DNA of 64,000 nucleotides from positions 203,174,001 through 203,238,000 of the forward strand of contig OZ024743.1 in NCBI GenBank assembly GCA_964016885.1. The letters run 5' to 3'. A program made the translations under genes and the position numbers. The notes beneath the pieces were generated by a model that had not been told where the DNA came from, did not search any database, and saw only the letters and a program-made list of their open reading frames with translations. How positions within the stretch are numbered: position 1 is the stretch's first letter; each line of letters starts with the position of its first letter. Positions 27,454 to 41,729 of this stretch are shown in pieces. Origin of the DNA: Eledone cirrhosa. Taxonomy: Eukaryota.

Positions 27454-27640
27454 GATGAATATAAGATAATAGAGTGCTCAACCGAGGGAGCCAAATAGTA
27501 ATAATAATAAATGTGAAGACTAAAATCCAAAGAGGACTCGATAAGGAAAAAAATATATCAAATATATAAAAACCCAAATATTTTCCTTATCGAGCCCTCT
27601 TTGGATTTTAGTCTTCACATTTATTATTATTACTATATAT

Positions 27641-27725
<85 letters not shown>

Positions 27726-28289
27726 AATATAAATTTAGCGAGAATCGCATTTCGGCGGTAGATATTAGCGAAACGCAACTTCCATATTGTGCAGACATGC
27801 GCTCCATGGATATGAAGAAGATACCAGAGCTATAAACATAAGTTAAAATGGTCATACATGCTGAGACGATAGTTAAGAAGCCATTAACCACCATAGCCAA
27901 AAGAGCGAACAAGCTAAACGGGTCAAACAAAATGAAATATGAAATAGTTACCCGGACCCTCGGGGAAGATGGGATACTCCAAAATTGGGTTTCTGCAACA
28001 CCTAAATCAATAATACTGTCTCCTTATAAAATATAATCTTTTGGTATAATGATCAACCAAGGCATCGCTTTCTCAACAGGTTTTTGTTCTTCTTGCGCCA
28101 GAATCTCGCAGGTTATGAAAGCACATGTGAGATTTTAAGTGGAGAAAACCCCTATTTTGGCCAGTGAATTCAGCATGTGTAGTTATTGCAAAGATTTGCA
28201 AAAACCACACGAAACGAATTAAGCTCTCGACCGAGTTGTTTTTGAAATAAACTTAAGCGATTAATCAGTCAATAGAATTAACTATATAT

Positions 28290-28460
28290 ATATATATTGT
28301 AACAATAAATACAAAGACCAAAATCTAAAGAGGACAAGATAAGGGCTGTATGCATGTAAGTATGTATAAACCTGTAGACCAAATATCTATTATTAGTACA
28401 TCCTGCTTAGGGTGAAAGCGAAAGTTTATTGTTTAAACATCTAATCTGTACTAATAATTA
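28290..28460 (+). mobile_element. Short fold-back remnant of a family-A-related PLE end
   Basis: Inverted TTATTAGTACA/TGTACTAATAA around the HHR 3' half tcct.gctt.aggg.t-GAAA-gcga..ttgt-TT-aaac. Confidence 0.55.
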
Positions 28461-28495
28461 ATATATATATATAGAGAGAGAGATGTGTAGTGTGT

Positions 28496-28665
<170 letters not shown>

Positions 28666-28859
28666 AGTTTGAGCGTGTACCTGTATGTATATGTGTGTAT
28701 TTCTTACCTGTGTACCTATTACACCTACTTTTTTCGCTTTTCTCAAAACGGGGTCTATAAATCAGCGGTCAAATTCAATCATTTATTAGCAGCAACTAGT
28801 AATATTCTGATTAAATTGCAGAATCTATTGAGTGTATGAAAAAAATCTGTTGTATTATT

Positions 28860-29300
28860 TTGTCATGTATCTTGTTTCTTGTTCAAAGCTGACTCAGGTC
28901 GGTGATTCTTTTCATTGTTCTAGCATCAGGTAAGATTAATTACATCCTAAAGCTCCATATTCATTCGCCATGGTCGAATATAGCCATGACTGGGTGGAGT
29001 TGATGTCATCAGATGTTGTCTGCAATTCATTGGGTATTTTGACACTGATCTATAATATCTTCCCGTTGGTGGGTCGGTAATGATGGCCAAATCTATAGCC
29101 ATTTAGGCTTCTACCTTATATTCTATCGGCTGCTCCAAAACCAACAAATTCTTTTTATGGAAGATTTTCCATGCTGCGATCTGAGGCTTCTTCTCTTCTT
29201 GTCATTACAATGGCAGTGAGCATTATTATTCACTATCTGGTTCCTTTCAACAAAACGTGTTATACCATTTGAACTTTTTAGAAATCTATGTTAACCTAAG
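28860..29300 (-). mobile_element. Possible highly degraded R4/Dong-like LINE fragment
   Basis: The reverse complement gives KYP..LQTTSDDINSTQSWL across a frameshift, which resembles the post-RT region of R4/Dong. Weak. Confidence 0.3.
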
Positions 29301-30150
29301 TCAATGAAAAGGTTCCTACGTTGTTACTAAACAAGCAAGTAATAGTTATAAAGCCCACATATCTCTTGAATGCTATCATACCCTACTCTCTTTAAAATTG
29401 AAGGTTGGATAGTATAGTCCTAGATAGATTGTCTTTTTTTAAATTAGATGTGGGGGTCATGAGCGGAGTTCTATATTGCATGTGTCTACTTGAAAATGTC
29501 TAACAACAGTGAGAATCAATATTAACCATTATCAAATGTAATTAACAGAAAAAGGTTTCTAAAATAAGAAAAGAAAAAGAATTTTGATTCATGTTAAATT
29601 TAGTATTAAAGATATGAGGCATTCATCATTCACTTCCGCCTTCGATCGAGTTTAAAACAGAAGGACGACTGCGAGCTCTTTGTATTTCAAGTACTATTGA
29701 AAGATTGATTAATTGAATTCCAATTTTAGTGTTCACTTTCAAGACATTTCACTCATATTTTACAATAGCACAAAGAAAATTCAAAACGCAAAATTGTAAT
29801 GACAGTTTACACACGCTTTAAATAAATGATACTGTATGTTATTGATGTTCAAACGGGAGGCTCTTGGGTCCCAGAAGACGACTTTCGAATCCCAGTGGAG
29901 TAATTGTAGCCAAATAAAGTGAAATATCCAAACTGAGAAAGAATTATGTACAATCACAGATGATTGGCTTAAGGTCCACATTAGTTTAATAAACCCGACT
30001 CCAACGTCAATCTTTTCAACAGACATGTTAATCAAGCAAAATATTGAGTCAATCAGTTCTGAAACTTTCGCAACTAGTCTTACTTAGTTTTAATAAATAA
30101 AGTAATCAACATGATTAACGTAAAACTTCGTCATTTTATTCTTAATGTAT

Positions 30151-30235
<85 letters not shown>

Positions 30236-30276
30236 AATAACATTAAGAAAAATGCCGATGTTTCACAAATCGTTAA

Positions 30277-30367
30277 TTCATAATAATTATTTCACCGGTT
30301 CCCTTATGTAATCCATGAGGTAATTTATGCATTTACTGTTGTTATGAGAACGGTATCTTCAGATGAA
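30277..30367 (-). ncRNA. Type I hammerhead motif with long stem II
   Basis: Reverse complement: TTCAT-CTGAAGA-t.accg.ttctc...gggaa.c.cggt-GAAA-taatta-TT-ATGAA. Confidence 0.72.
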
Positions 30368-30666
30368 AAACCCGATTTTGTGACGTGCCACATGCAAAAA
30401 ACACGTCCTTCTTCGTGTGTGCCCAACTACATTCTCCATCATAACTACAAGCTACAATGTAGAAAATCAAACTTTCGAGTTGTTGTCTTCCTGTTTCTTC
30501 TACAACAACTACAACAGCACGCGATGGGGCCCACCCACAGCCCCACCGGACAGAATGGAGGCAATTGTAGAAAGCTCTCTCCTGTTTCTGCCGAAACAAC
30601 TTCTACTGAACACACACACAGACCCAGGCGCACATACACACGTACATATATATATATATATATATT

Positions 30667-30735
<69 letters not shown>

Positions 30736-30744
30736 ATATATATG

Positions 30745-30776
<32 letters not shown>

Positions 30777-30787
30777 AATATATATAA

Positions 30788-30820
<33 letters not shown>

Positions 30821-33114
30821 GAATTCACAAGAATCAAAGCCATGTTCAAAGCATTTATTCACTTACAATTGTTTCATCCAAACCTAGGCTTGGAGTCTTC
30901 GGACCATTTTTCAATGTTTGTACACATAATTGACCTACTTTCCAAAGCAAGACACATACAGATACATATATATATATTGATGTACAGTGGAGTGACATAT
31001 ATTATACTATATTATTTCTGTATAGCAATTCAAATTCAAAATCAAAATCAAAATTAAAATTAAAACAGAATTAAAACAAAACTAAAATACATTCGGCAGT
31101 TAACACAGATAATGCAAGAGGATAGTTTGTTAGTCAGATGTAGCAGTTAGTGTATGCGTTAGTTAAACGTGGGGCATGCAAGTGTGTCTCATATATATAT
31201 GATTATTGTGTGGCAGGGTGTTACATGTAATATAAGCACTTTAAGCGGGTAGGTAAGAGTATTACGGTGGTTGTAGTGGTAAGGTATTTTTTGTATATAA
31301 TAAAAAAGTATTTGTGCAGAAAAATAAAAATAAAAAGGAAAAGCAAAAGAAAGTTATGGTTTTCGTATCCACCACCATTTTCCCATTCAGGAAAATAAAA
31401 ATCGTTTTTATATCCATCACATAATTAACGATGATTCCTTATTGGATGTTTGATGCAATAAATTAAATTATTTTAGCTTATTGCGGCTCAGTGTTATTTA
31501 ATCCAAATTTATAGAATAGGGTGATTCTGCTGCGAGAATTTACAGCGGTTTAATATCCGGAAGTATGTGTGTAATTAAGGGGAGTTAATGCGTAAGGGGA
31601 GGTAACTAGCTGATTTCCATAACTAAATGCATTGTTCTAACATACATTATAAGGGGCCTCAATTGAGTCCCTTATATAGACGATTATATATTTATATCCA
31701 GTTTCCAATTTTAAATACATTCTACTATATCATGATGTACTAAAGGTATCTATATTAGGATGATTACTCCCTATCATACAGTGCTACAACTGAATACTCC
31801 ATACAAAGAGCCATATCTTTATATCAAAGTTCACGGCAAATGTAGTCTACTCTCAGAACATGTCAGGGGACCTATTAGAATTATCTCTATATAACCCCTG
31901 GTAAGTTCTGGAGCAGCGTATGGCTGTTTGCATGGCAAAGCCAAATACATCTCTAGGGCAGACAAATACATCCCTCATTTACAATGTCATTAGTCTATCG
32001 ATCAAGTTATACTTGCATATATAACTCACATACTATTCATACATAATTCATTGTACTCAACATATAAGTTAGACAGATCTCTTATGTTAATAAATTAATC
32101 TTATATATATCCAATGTTACCACTCTATACATATAAATACAATTTCATATATAATTCATTGTCGAATCTGGTATTTAAAGCTTATATTGACTGTATTGTA
32201 TCACTATATAATTATAAGTAATTGAAAGCAATTATACTAAAAGTTGGTGTTTATGGGGATATTTCTAGGGTATAAAGTTATAGATGGAATGATTTGTGTC
32301 GAGATAGGGTGGATCAGAGAATGTGGAGTTGTGGTTTAAGGTGTGCCCTTGAGGTGTGGTGTTAGAAGTGGTGATGAGTTCAAGTCTGACGTTGTTATAT
32401 ATTGGGTTTAAAGTTTTGGAAGGAGTGCCGGAAGCGGTGCTGGCATGGCGCAAACACTTCCGATTTTTTATTAAGGAGGCTATGGTTTGAGAAGATTATA
32501 GTATGGGTCTCTAGTAGACAGAGTTTACAGAATTTATTAGGTGGTTTGTACGATGCCGCCTTACCTATCACTTCCCATTTAAGTGTATAAGATCTATTTC
32601 TAGATTTTAGATAGTGTATGTAGCTAGATAGTGAAGTGGAGTTGGCTAGACTGTGTTTTTTGAAAGAATGGGGGTGAGAATTGTATCTGGTTTTGAAGCA
32701 GTTCGAAGTAGAGCCTATATCGGTTTCAGAAGAGTTGCTAGTTATGACGGTGCATGAGTATATGATGTCCTTGATTAAGCAGTTTTTATGTAAAGTGCAT
32801 GTTCTATTAGATCTACAGTTACAATTATTTTGGATGTTAACCTGCCTGTTATTATGTTGTGTAGAAGTCTGGTTGCTAGGTATTGCATTATGGCTATGGG
32901 GGTTGTCGCTCCCAGCGTTATTGATTTCGCTAGTGCTATTACTATTATTACTATTGATATCATGATTTGCAGATATAACGTTGTTTTGAAGGTTTACCCC
33001 CTGCCGTGTTTTAGTTCGTTGGAAGTAAGTATTAATTTTTCTTTTATTGCTACTAGCTATGTTAGGCCTGGTAGAGTAGGAGTAATAAGATAGCAATAAA
33101 TTACTGACCTTCAC
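30821..33114 (-). mobile_element. 5'-truncated PLE (family B): GIY-YIG end plus long 3' UTR
   Basis: ORF 32395-33114 has KVSYS-like, CNCRSNRTC, IIY..DIGSTSNCFKTRY..H, CKLC and CQHR motifs. A degenerate HHR lies near the end (30861-30903). (TA)n flanks. Confidence 0.75.
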
Positions 33115-33181
33115 TGTTTAGGGTTTAAAATATACATAGCTATAAAAGGTTTTAGTATATACATAACCATAAATAGTATCC

Positions 33182-33320
<139 letters not shown>

Positions 33321-33570
33321 ATATATAATGTGCATATATATATGTTGTATATATATAATGTGTATATATATATATATATATGATATATATAATGTGTATA
33401 TATATATATAATATATATCATATATGTATATATATATATATATATATTTCACACACACACAATATATATATATGTATATATATATAATATATATATATAT
33501 ATATTAAAAATTAAACAGAAAAATAAAACAAAAAACAAAAAACGTGGAAATGAATAGGCAGTACAAATGT

Positions 33571-33615
<45 letters not shown>

Positions 33616-33704
33616 CATTGCATCTCTTCTTTCCATGATATCCGGATTACATTGAGTTCTTCATACGGATTGGACACTACCGTAAACTCTTGGTAGATTT
33701 ATCT

Positions 33705-33801
<97 letters not shown>

Positions 33802-33835
33802 GATCGGAATTAAGACTATTCCAAAGTATATATAT

Positions 33836-34851
33836 GAACTAGACAGAGCCATAGATATAGATATATATGTTTTCGGCAACCATTGACGGTGTGGCTCAAT
33901 GACGAATTAATTAATTAAATAATCAACAATCAGAGCAATATATAAGAAAGTAAGTCCATAGAATCATTAGATAAAATATATACAGTATTTCTTCTCCCAA
34001 TCAGCATAATCAACCATACAAAAAATCAGTTAAACGTGGCTATAAGTTTAAAATATACCTATGAAGAAATAATAGATAAATAAATGATAGCTTTTTATCC
34101 GCGATTCACAGCCACAGAAAATTTACCTAGTATTTCTGATAGCCTGTACAAATTGACTAGACATATAGTTAACCATACCTAATTAGGTACAAAATCAAAG
34201 TTAGAAGAAAAAATGTACATAAACATAGCAAAATCATCAAAATATATCTCTACCGCCTGGGATTTCATTCGCTTTTTGCAAATATCAGATCTTGGATAAA
34301 TCAACAAGTTTCGAAATCATCAGGAGACAAACTCAATTGGACAAAGATTTTTCTTAAATGATCCCCGCCAGAAACAAATTCAAAATGGTTAAGAATTGTC
34401 ATGTGGCTAGTGGTCAAGTCAGATAGCTTGTGATTGGTGTCTGTCGGCGAGTAGGCTGGTTGTTAGAAAGTAGAGCCGAATACTGCCTAAAGTTTTACTC
34501 AACCTTACGGGAGTGTATAAATTTAGAGGTTTACATACACATAAACTAGACAGAGCCATATATATATATATATATAAATCAGGAAAGAAGATTGACATGG
34601 TTTGCAATACAAAAAAGGTTTTTTTAATGAGATTAAAAACCTTTTTTGTATTGCAAATCATGTCAATCTTCTTTCCTGATTTATTATTACTCCAAGTGTT
34701 TACAACATAGGAATTACAGCATACTCGCAAAATCACTATGAATACGCCTTGTTGAGTCAAACCAAGCCTAGCGTTGATATCATCCACTACCCGGAATACC
34801 ATAACTGGACTACACCTAAGGGGACTGGATATAACTATTATTTGTTACCCC

Positions 34852-34892
<41 letters not shown>

Positions 34893-35050
34893 TTCGGCAA
34901 CCATTCACGGTGTGGCTCAATGACGAAATAATTAATTAAATAATCAACAAACGGAGCAATATATAAGACAATAAGTCCATAGAATCATATGGTTACCTAT
35001 ATGTCTAGTCAATTTCTACAGGCTATCAGAAATATTAGGTAAATTTTCTG
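33836..35050. repeat. Partially tandem ~710-bp element with nested insert and inverted tail
   Basis: AACTAGACAGAGCCATA at 33837 and 34544. 33866-33968 is repeated at 34886-34988, and 34990-35050 is an inverted copy of 34115-34176. Confidence 0.7.
34574..34684. repeat. ~55-bp-arm palindrome
   Basis: ATAAATCAGGAAAGAAGATTGACATG...CATGTCAATCTTCTTTCCTGATTTAT with a 3-nt spacer. Confidence 0.9.
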
Positions 35051-35070
35051 TATATATATATACATGTATA

Positions 35071-36645
<1,575 letters not shown>

Positions 36646-37250
36646 CTGTTGGTTAAACAATTTCACTTGCCACGGCAATCAACATGCTAAAGCATCTGTA
36701 AATGACCTTTTTTCTATACAATCGTACGGACAATCTCATACAATGCCACGAAGCATTTCACAAATACTGGACAATATGGTGGTGGAATTATCTCTGATCA
36801 ATAGCCAGGGTCCTTGTATATCCTTTGTGTTAATTGTATGAGTGTGTTTTAATCTAAAAGATATGTGACCGGTGCTTTGAAGTAGCAGGAGTAATTTTCA
36901 TTTCTTCTTCATGTATTTTTCTGTTCAACTAATAACTGACTGGTGTGGTTTTAACTGTGGCATAACAGTTATCATCAATATGTATATAACAGCCATTGTG
37001 TGATGAATAAATGAAGCAAGTTTTAACCTGTTGACTTCATTATATATATATATAAATGTATGTGTTTGTTTGCGTTCGTTTTTTTTTCGTGTGTGAGAGA
37101 GTGAGAGAGGGTGTGTGTGTGTGTGTGTTTGTGTGCGTGTGTGCGTGTGTGCGCGTGTGCGTGTGTGCGTGTGTGCGTGTGTGCATGTGTGTGTCCGTGT
37201 GTGTGTGTGTGTGTTTGTGTGCGTGTGCGTGTGTATATGTGTGTGTGTGT

Positions 37251-37361
37251 AATGATTGTTTCTACTTTTAGCACAAGGCCAGCAATTATCCCATTGCATT
37301 ACTGGTACTTTATTTAATCGACCCCGTAAGGATGAAAGGCAAAGTTAACCTCGGCGGGATT
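37251..37361 (-). mobile_element. 5'-truncated SINE
   Basis: SINE core, flanked by a TGTGTGTGTGTAAT duplication. Confidence 0.8.
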
Positions 37362-37858
37362 GTGTGTGTGTAATAATGATAATAATGAAATGAAGCCATC
37401 AAATAGGTCCGACATAGCTTCGATCGTTTCGTCATTTATTTTAAAATGTAATTAAGTCTGTATTACTAAAACACAAACCAAGGAACATCAAAGTGCACAC
37501 GTATATGTTAATTAGTGAGAAAAACAATCTCCTGGGGGTATAACATTTGAATTTTCAGGCCCCGAACCAATGCATTAGTTTCTGGAAGGCCATCTGCTAG
37601 CGACAGTCTGAATGGAACTACCGTGTGCAGAAACTAGGTAATGTTTACATTTATATATATATATACACACACACACATATACATAGTTGTTAGATGAGCT
37701 GATAATGGTTGATAATGACTGATAAATGAGAAACATGGAATATGTATAAAATTTATTCCCCTACCATTATTGAGTCCCTATCACTGGATCTTGTTTGATT
37801 TATTGGTATTTATTTAATTCTATAATTTAATAAAATACACACACACACACACAAACAT

Positions 37859-37945
<87 letters not shown>

Positions 37946-37991
37946 CATACATACATACATACATACATACATACATACATACATACATACA

Positions 37992-38022
<31 letters not shown>

Positions 38023-38664
38023 CACTGTGTTCGTATATACAAAAGAAATAAAATACACAATTTTAAATTACCATGGAGAAAAAAGTAATTCTTCAATTCT
38101 TTCATCTTGATTCGTTAATGCTTCAACATTTATATTCCTCTTTCTTATTCATCATCATTAAATTCAGAGCTCTTATAGTAATTACGTTGAAATGTCTTGG
38201 ATTTATGTCCTTTAATGAGGCCCTTTATAGGCTCCAACTCAGAAATAATCAGATTTATTTTGAAACAAAATCAGCATAGCTCCTTCGGAAAACAAATCCC
38301 AAATATAACACAACGTAAAAAGAAAAACACAATGAAATAAATCATTACAAAATATAAGAAATTTGGAACCGAATATAATGTTGAAAATATATTTTCTAAT
38401 GTTTTGCTTCTTAGTAACATGAAATAAATTTCCTTCCTAATGCCTATAATGTTAGGTTCCAGATATGTTACCTAAAAGCTTACAGTTGTTTAAATGAGAG
38501 AAAGACAAAGACTAAGACAGACAGAGAGGCAGAAACAAAGAGGGAGATATTCAGATAGATTATATAGATACATATACACATATATACATACATGCATACA
38601 TACATACATACATACATACATACATACATACATACATACATACATACATACATACATACATACA

Positions 38665-38800
38665 TACATGGTGGCTGCCAACTCGTTTTCGAGTACGGCC
38701 ACTACTTTATATCCAGGTAGGAGAACCCCTACCGATGCACTTAACTGTCTTCCCCCAACAACCCCACTTAAGGGTATTTACATTGTACATTTACCATTCT
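38665..38800 (-). mobile_element. RTE-type 3' end fragment with (TATG)n tail
   Basis: 38665-38738 is the reverse complement of 39594-39668. Confidence 0.65.
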
Positions 38801-38958
38801 GCTCTGAGGAAACAGTGGTCACAGCATTGGATATTCGAGTTCTGCAAGTACTTGTGAATTTTCACGTAGCGAAACTAGGCTGCAGTACCACCGTGGAAAC
38901 ACTTGTAAGCACACGGAATAAATTACCTTTTTATGATGTCTACCTGTTATTATTCATT

Positions 38959-39046
<88 letters not shown>

Positions 39047-39054
39047 GTATATAT

Positions 39055-39668
39055 GTCAGGTCACCAGTTGGTGCTACTTGTAACATGTTTCCCAGTACAA
39101 CCTGTCTCATGGTCGGGTCGTTGGCGACTAAACTGACAACCCCACCAAGGTTTCTTGGTGAGGAGGGTGACTTTGGACATCCTGCAGGACTAAGAACAAA
39201 ACCTGTCAAAGGGCAAAGGAGCTCTTAAGAGTCAATGGCCATCCAAAATCACCGGGAAAGATGACTCCTTAGCCTTTGTCAAGGCAGAATTCTAGGAGAA
39301 GGAAAACTCTGATATAACACCTGCAACCCTGATGGCATCCAATGATGTTGACTTGTTCTTCTTTTTGGTAAATATCATCTTGGTTAAGAGAGTGGGACTG
39401 GCTTTGTGCAGTGCCTTTGCTCACTATAAAAGCTTCGGGGCACAGGCATTGCTTTATATCTGGAGATCTCTCTGCACTTGTCGTCACATGGTACCATGGG
39501 CCCAGCACTATGTGTCAATAATTGTCACAAGTGTAGTGTTTGTACCAGAGTTTTCAAGTCGCTGGCTGGTCTAAAAAGTCACACTTGTTCAGCGCATCGG
39601 TAGGGGGTTCTCCTACATGGATATAAAGTAGTGGCCGTACTCGAAAACGAGTTGGCAGCCACCATGTA
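39055..39668 (+). mobile_element. Non-autonomous bipartite RTE derivative (5' UTR + 3' end)
   Basis: CTAGGAGAAGGAAAACTCTGAT RTE-5'UTR-like motif. The remnant CSVCTRVFKSLAGLKSH matches the RTE C-terminus at ~4570-4630. Terminal CTCG-AAAA-CGAG hairpin. Confidence 0.6.
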
Positions 39669-39675
39669 TATATAT

Positions 39676-39960
39676 ATAGTGGAAACCAACTCGTGTGCGG
39701 GTACGGCCACCTTTAGAAAATAAAACAAAAATAAACAGGCAAAAATGTGTTTTTCATATTGCTGTCGTTGATGTCGCGTTATGTGCCTCAAACGAGCAAG
39801 TGACCTACCTGTCATACTACATAGTATGGATGTAAGTATTCCGCTTGGCCTGCTTGAGTTTGATGAACGTGGCATGATTTGTGGTGCCGTTTCAGCCCAC
39901 GTGCAGATTAACACTCCTTTGTACAATCGCTACGTACAAAATCAACGTAGATGAGGTACC
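39676..39960 (+). mobile_element. Tc1-like 5' fragment
   Basis: TA-(C>T)AGTG start and an EFDERGMICGA remnant resembling Tc1 transposase N-termini. Confidence 0.4.
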
Positions 39961-40175
39961 TAACTCTGTTATTTCTATGAGAATGGCGTCTGTTATCGCT
40001 TAGTAGTCTATCGGCTGACATACATACACGTCCGCATCCTTCTCAAGTAAGAGTCTCTTTCGAACACCGTTCTGGCAGCGACTCACGTGTCCCATATATT
40101 TAGCTACTCGATTCACTTCAACATCATATTTTTAAATTCCCTAACACCGGTAGCCATCAAAGATTGCCATTAATG

Positions 40176-40366
40176 CAGACATGTCAAACTGAGGGTACTC
40201 CGAGGGCCACATGGGTCACATATGTGTTGTCTGAGGGCCACACACGACAACTAATTGCACACATTACTACTAATTTTACGAAGATAAAAACGTGCTCGTG
40301 CTGTAAAAACCTTTGTGCGAGCCGTTCTAGGTGTTCTAGTAAAGGTCCGCATGTTTGACATGCCTG
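40176..40366. mobile_element. hAT (Charlie-like) MITE
   Basis: TIRs CAGACATGTCAAAC and GTTTGACATGCCTG with an imperfect 8-bp TSD (CATTAATG/CATTAGTA). Confidence 0.7.
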
Positions 40367-40399
40367 CATTAGTAGATTGTATTAATAACTTCCTAACTA

Positions 40400-40620
40400 A
40401 TCATGTCCTTTCTGGTTCTGTAAAGCCCAGCTTCTCACGATTTGTACTGACAGTTAGTACTATATCCCAGAGCCCAATGATCACAGGTATAAATCTGATA
40501 ATATTGTCGCTAGATTGACTTGTGGTGTTTCCTGGCGTTACAATCAGATATGAACATTTCTCCTGGCCAAACTTCATTCTTAAATCTTTCGATAACGCCG
40601 TAACCAAGTCAAAGTTTTTC
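40400..40620 (-). mobile_element. R4/Dong-like RT fragment
   Basis: DLVTALSKDLRMKFGQEKCSYL resembles the FSxDIxMxFGxDKC motif. Confidence 0.5.
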
Positions 40621-40835
40621 TTCATCCTTCCGTGGTGGATAAAATAAAGTACCAGTCACGAACTGAGGTCCATTTAATCGACTTTCTACTCCCTAAAATT
40701 GTTGGCTTTGTGCCTATGTAAGAAACCATTATTGTGTATGTATTTATGTATGTATACGTATGTACGTATGTATGTATAGCATTACAGACAGAGTTCAATA
40801 TTGCTGACCTTGTGCCAAAAGTAGAAACAATTATT
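40620..40835 (+). mobile_element. SINE 3' fragments
   Basis: TTCATCCTT..GATAAAATAAAGTACCAG core and CTTGTGCCAAAAGTAGAAACAATT tail. Confidence 0.7.
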
Positions 40836-40978
40836 TTACATGCATATTCCATTCGTTAAATAGAAGGAAGTAACGTTTTTTCGTTATTTCTTATTAAATG
40901 CTATAAGCTTTTATTCTTCATTCATATGGTCCTATATAAAATATATATGTGTTAAAAGGTCTTTGCCTATTCTCGCTC

Positions 40979-41009
<31 letters not shown>

Positions 41010-41109
41010 GTATATATATATATATATATATATTTGTATATATTTATTTATATATAAAACATTGCGTGTGCGCGTGTTTGTGTGTATATGTATACTTACA
41101 CAAAAACCT

Positions 41110-41186
<77 letters not shown>

Positions 41187-41462
41187 GATAGACAGAGAAA
41201 GAGAGAGACATAGAGAGAAAGAGAGAGATAGAGGGGGAGTGAGCCTGCAGTGCTGAGACTAGGGATACGACAAATCATGGGAGTACTCTATGCACGTACG
41301 TATAATATACTTATTTTACTACAAATGACGCTTCCCTATTATTTACGTATTTATCTATCTACTCATTTATTTATTTTAATTTATTTTATCTTATTTATTC
41401 ATTTACTTATTTATTTATTTATCTATTTATTTATGTATTGCATTTGTGAGTTTTATGTCGAA

Positions 41463-41563
41463 TAATTATAATATTCGATTCGTTTGCATGCATACAGCCT
41501 CATTACGGTATGTTCTAGCGTAATGAGGCTGTTTGCATGCAAACGAATCAAATATTACTATTA
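41463..41563. repeat. ~48-bp-arm palindrome abutting a SINE 3' half (41564-41665)
   Basis: GATTCGTTTGCATGCATACAGCCTCATTACG...CGTAATGAGGCTGTTTGCATGCAAACGAATC. Confidence 0.85.
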
Positions 41564-41729
41564 GTCGATAAAATAAAGTACCAGTCACGCACTGAGTTGA
41601 TTTATTCGACTTTCCCTTCTCCCCCAAATTGCTGGTCTTGTGCCTATTATAGAAATCACTATTATTCAATATAATACTTCCGAATGAATTTACGTATCCG
41701 CTGTGTTAGAGTAAAATCTATTTTATTTA

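Larger units (their letters stand above)
24032..27635 (-). mobile_element. Near full-length Penelope-like element (family A, probably Hydra-type), decayed
   Basis: RT plus GIY-YIG ORF, an HHR-bearing 3' repeat, a partial 5' repeat with an inverted piece (27496-27635), and (TA)n on both sides. Confidence 0.85.

Noticed and set aside
38665-39668. 1-kb DNA transposon with ~70-bp TIRs
   Set aside because: The inverted repeats are better explained as two oppositely oriented RTE-type 3' ends with simple-repeat tails.
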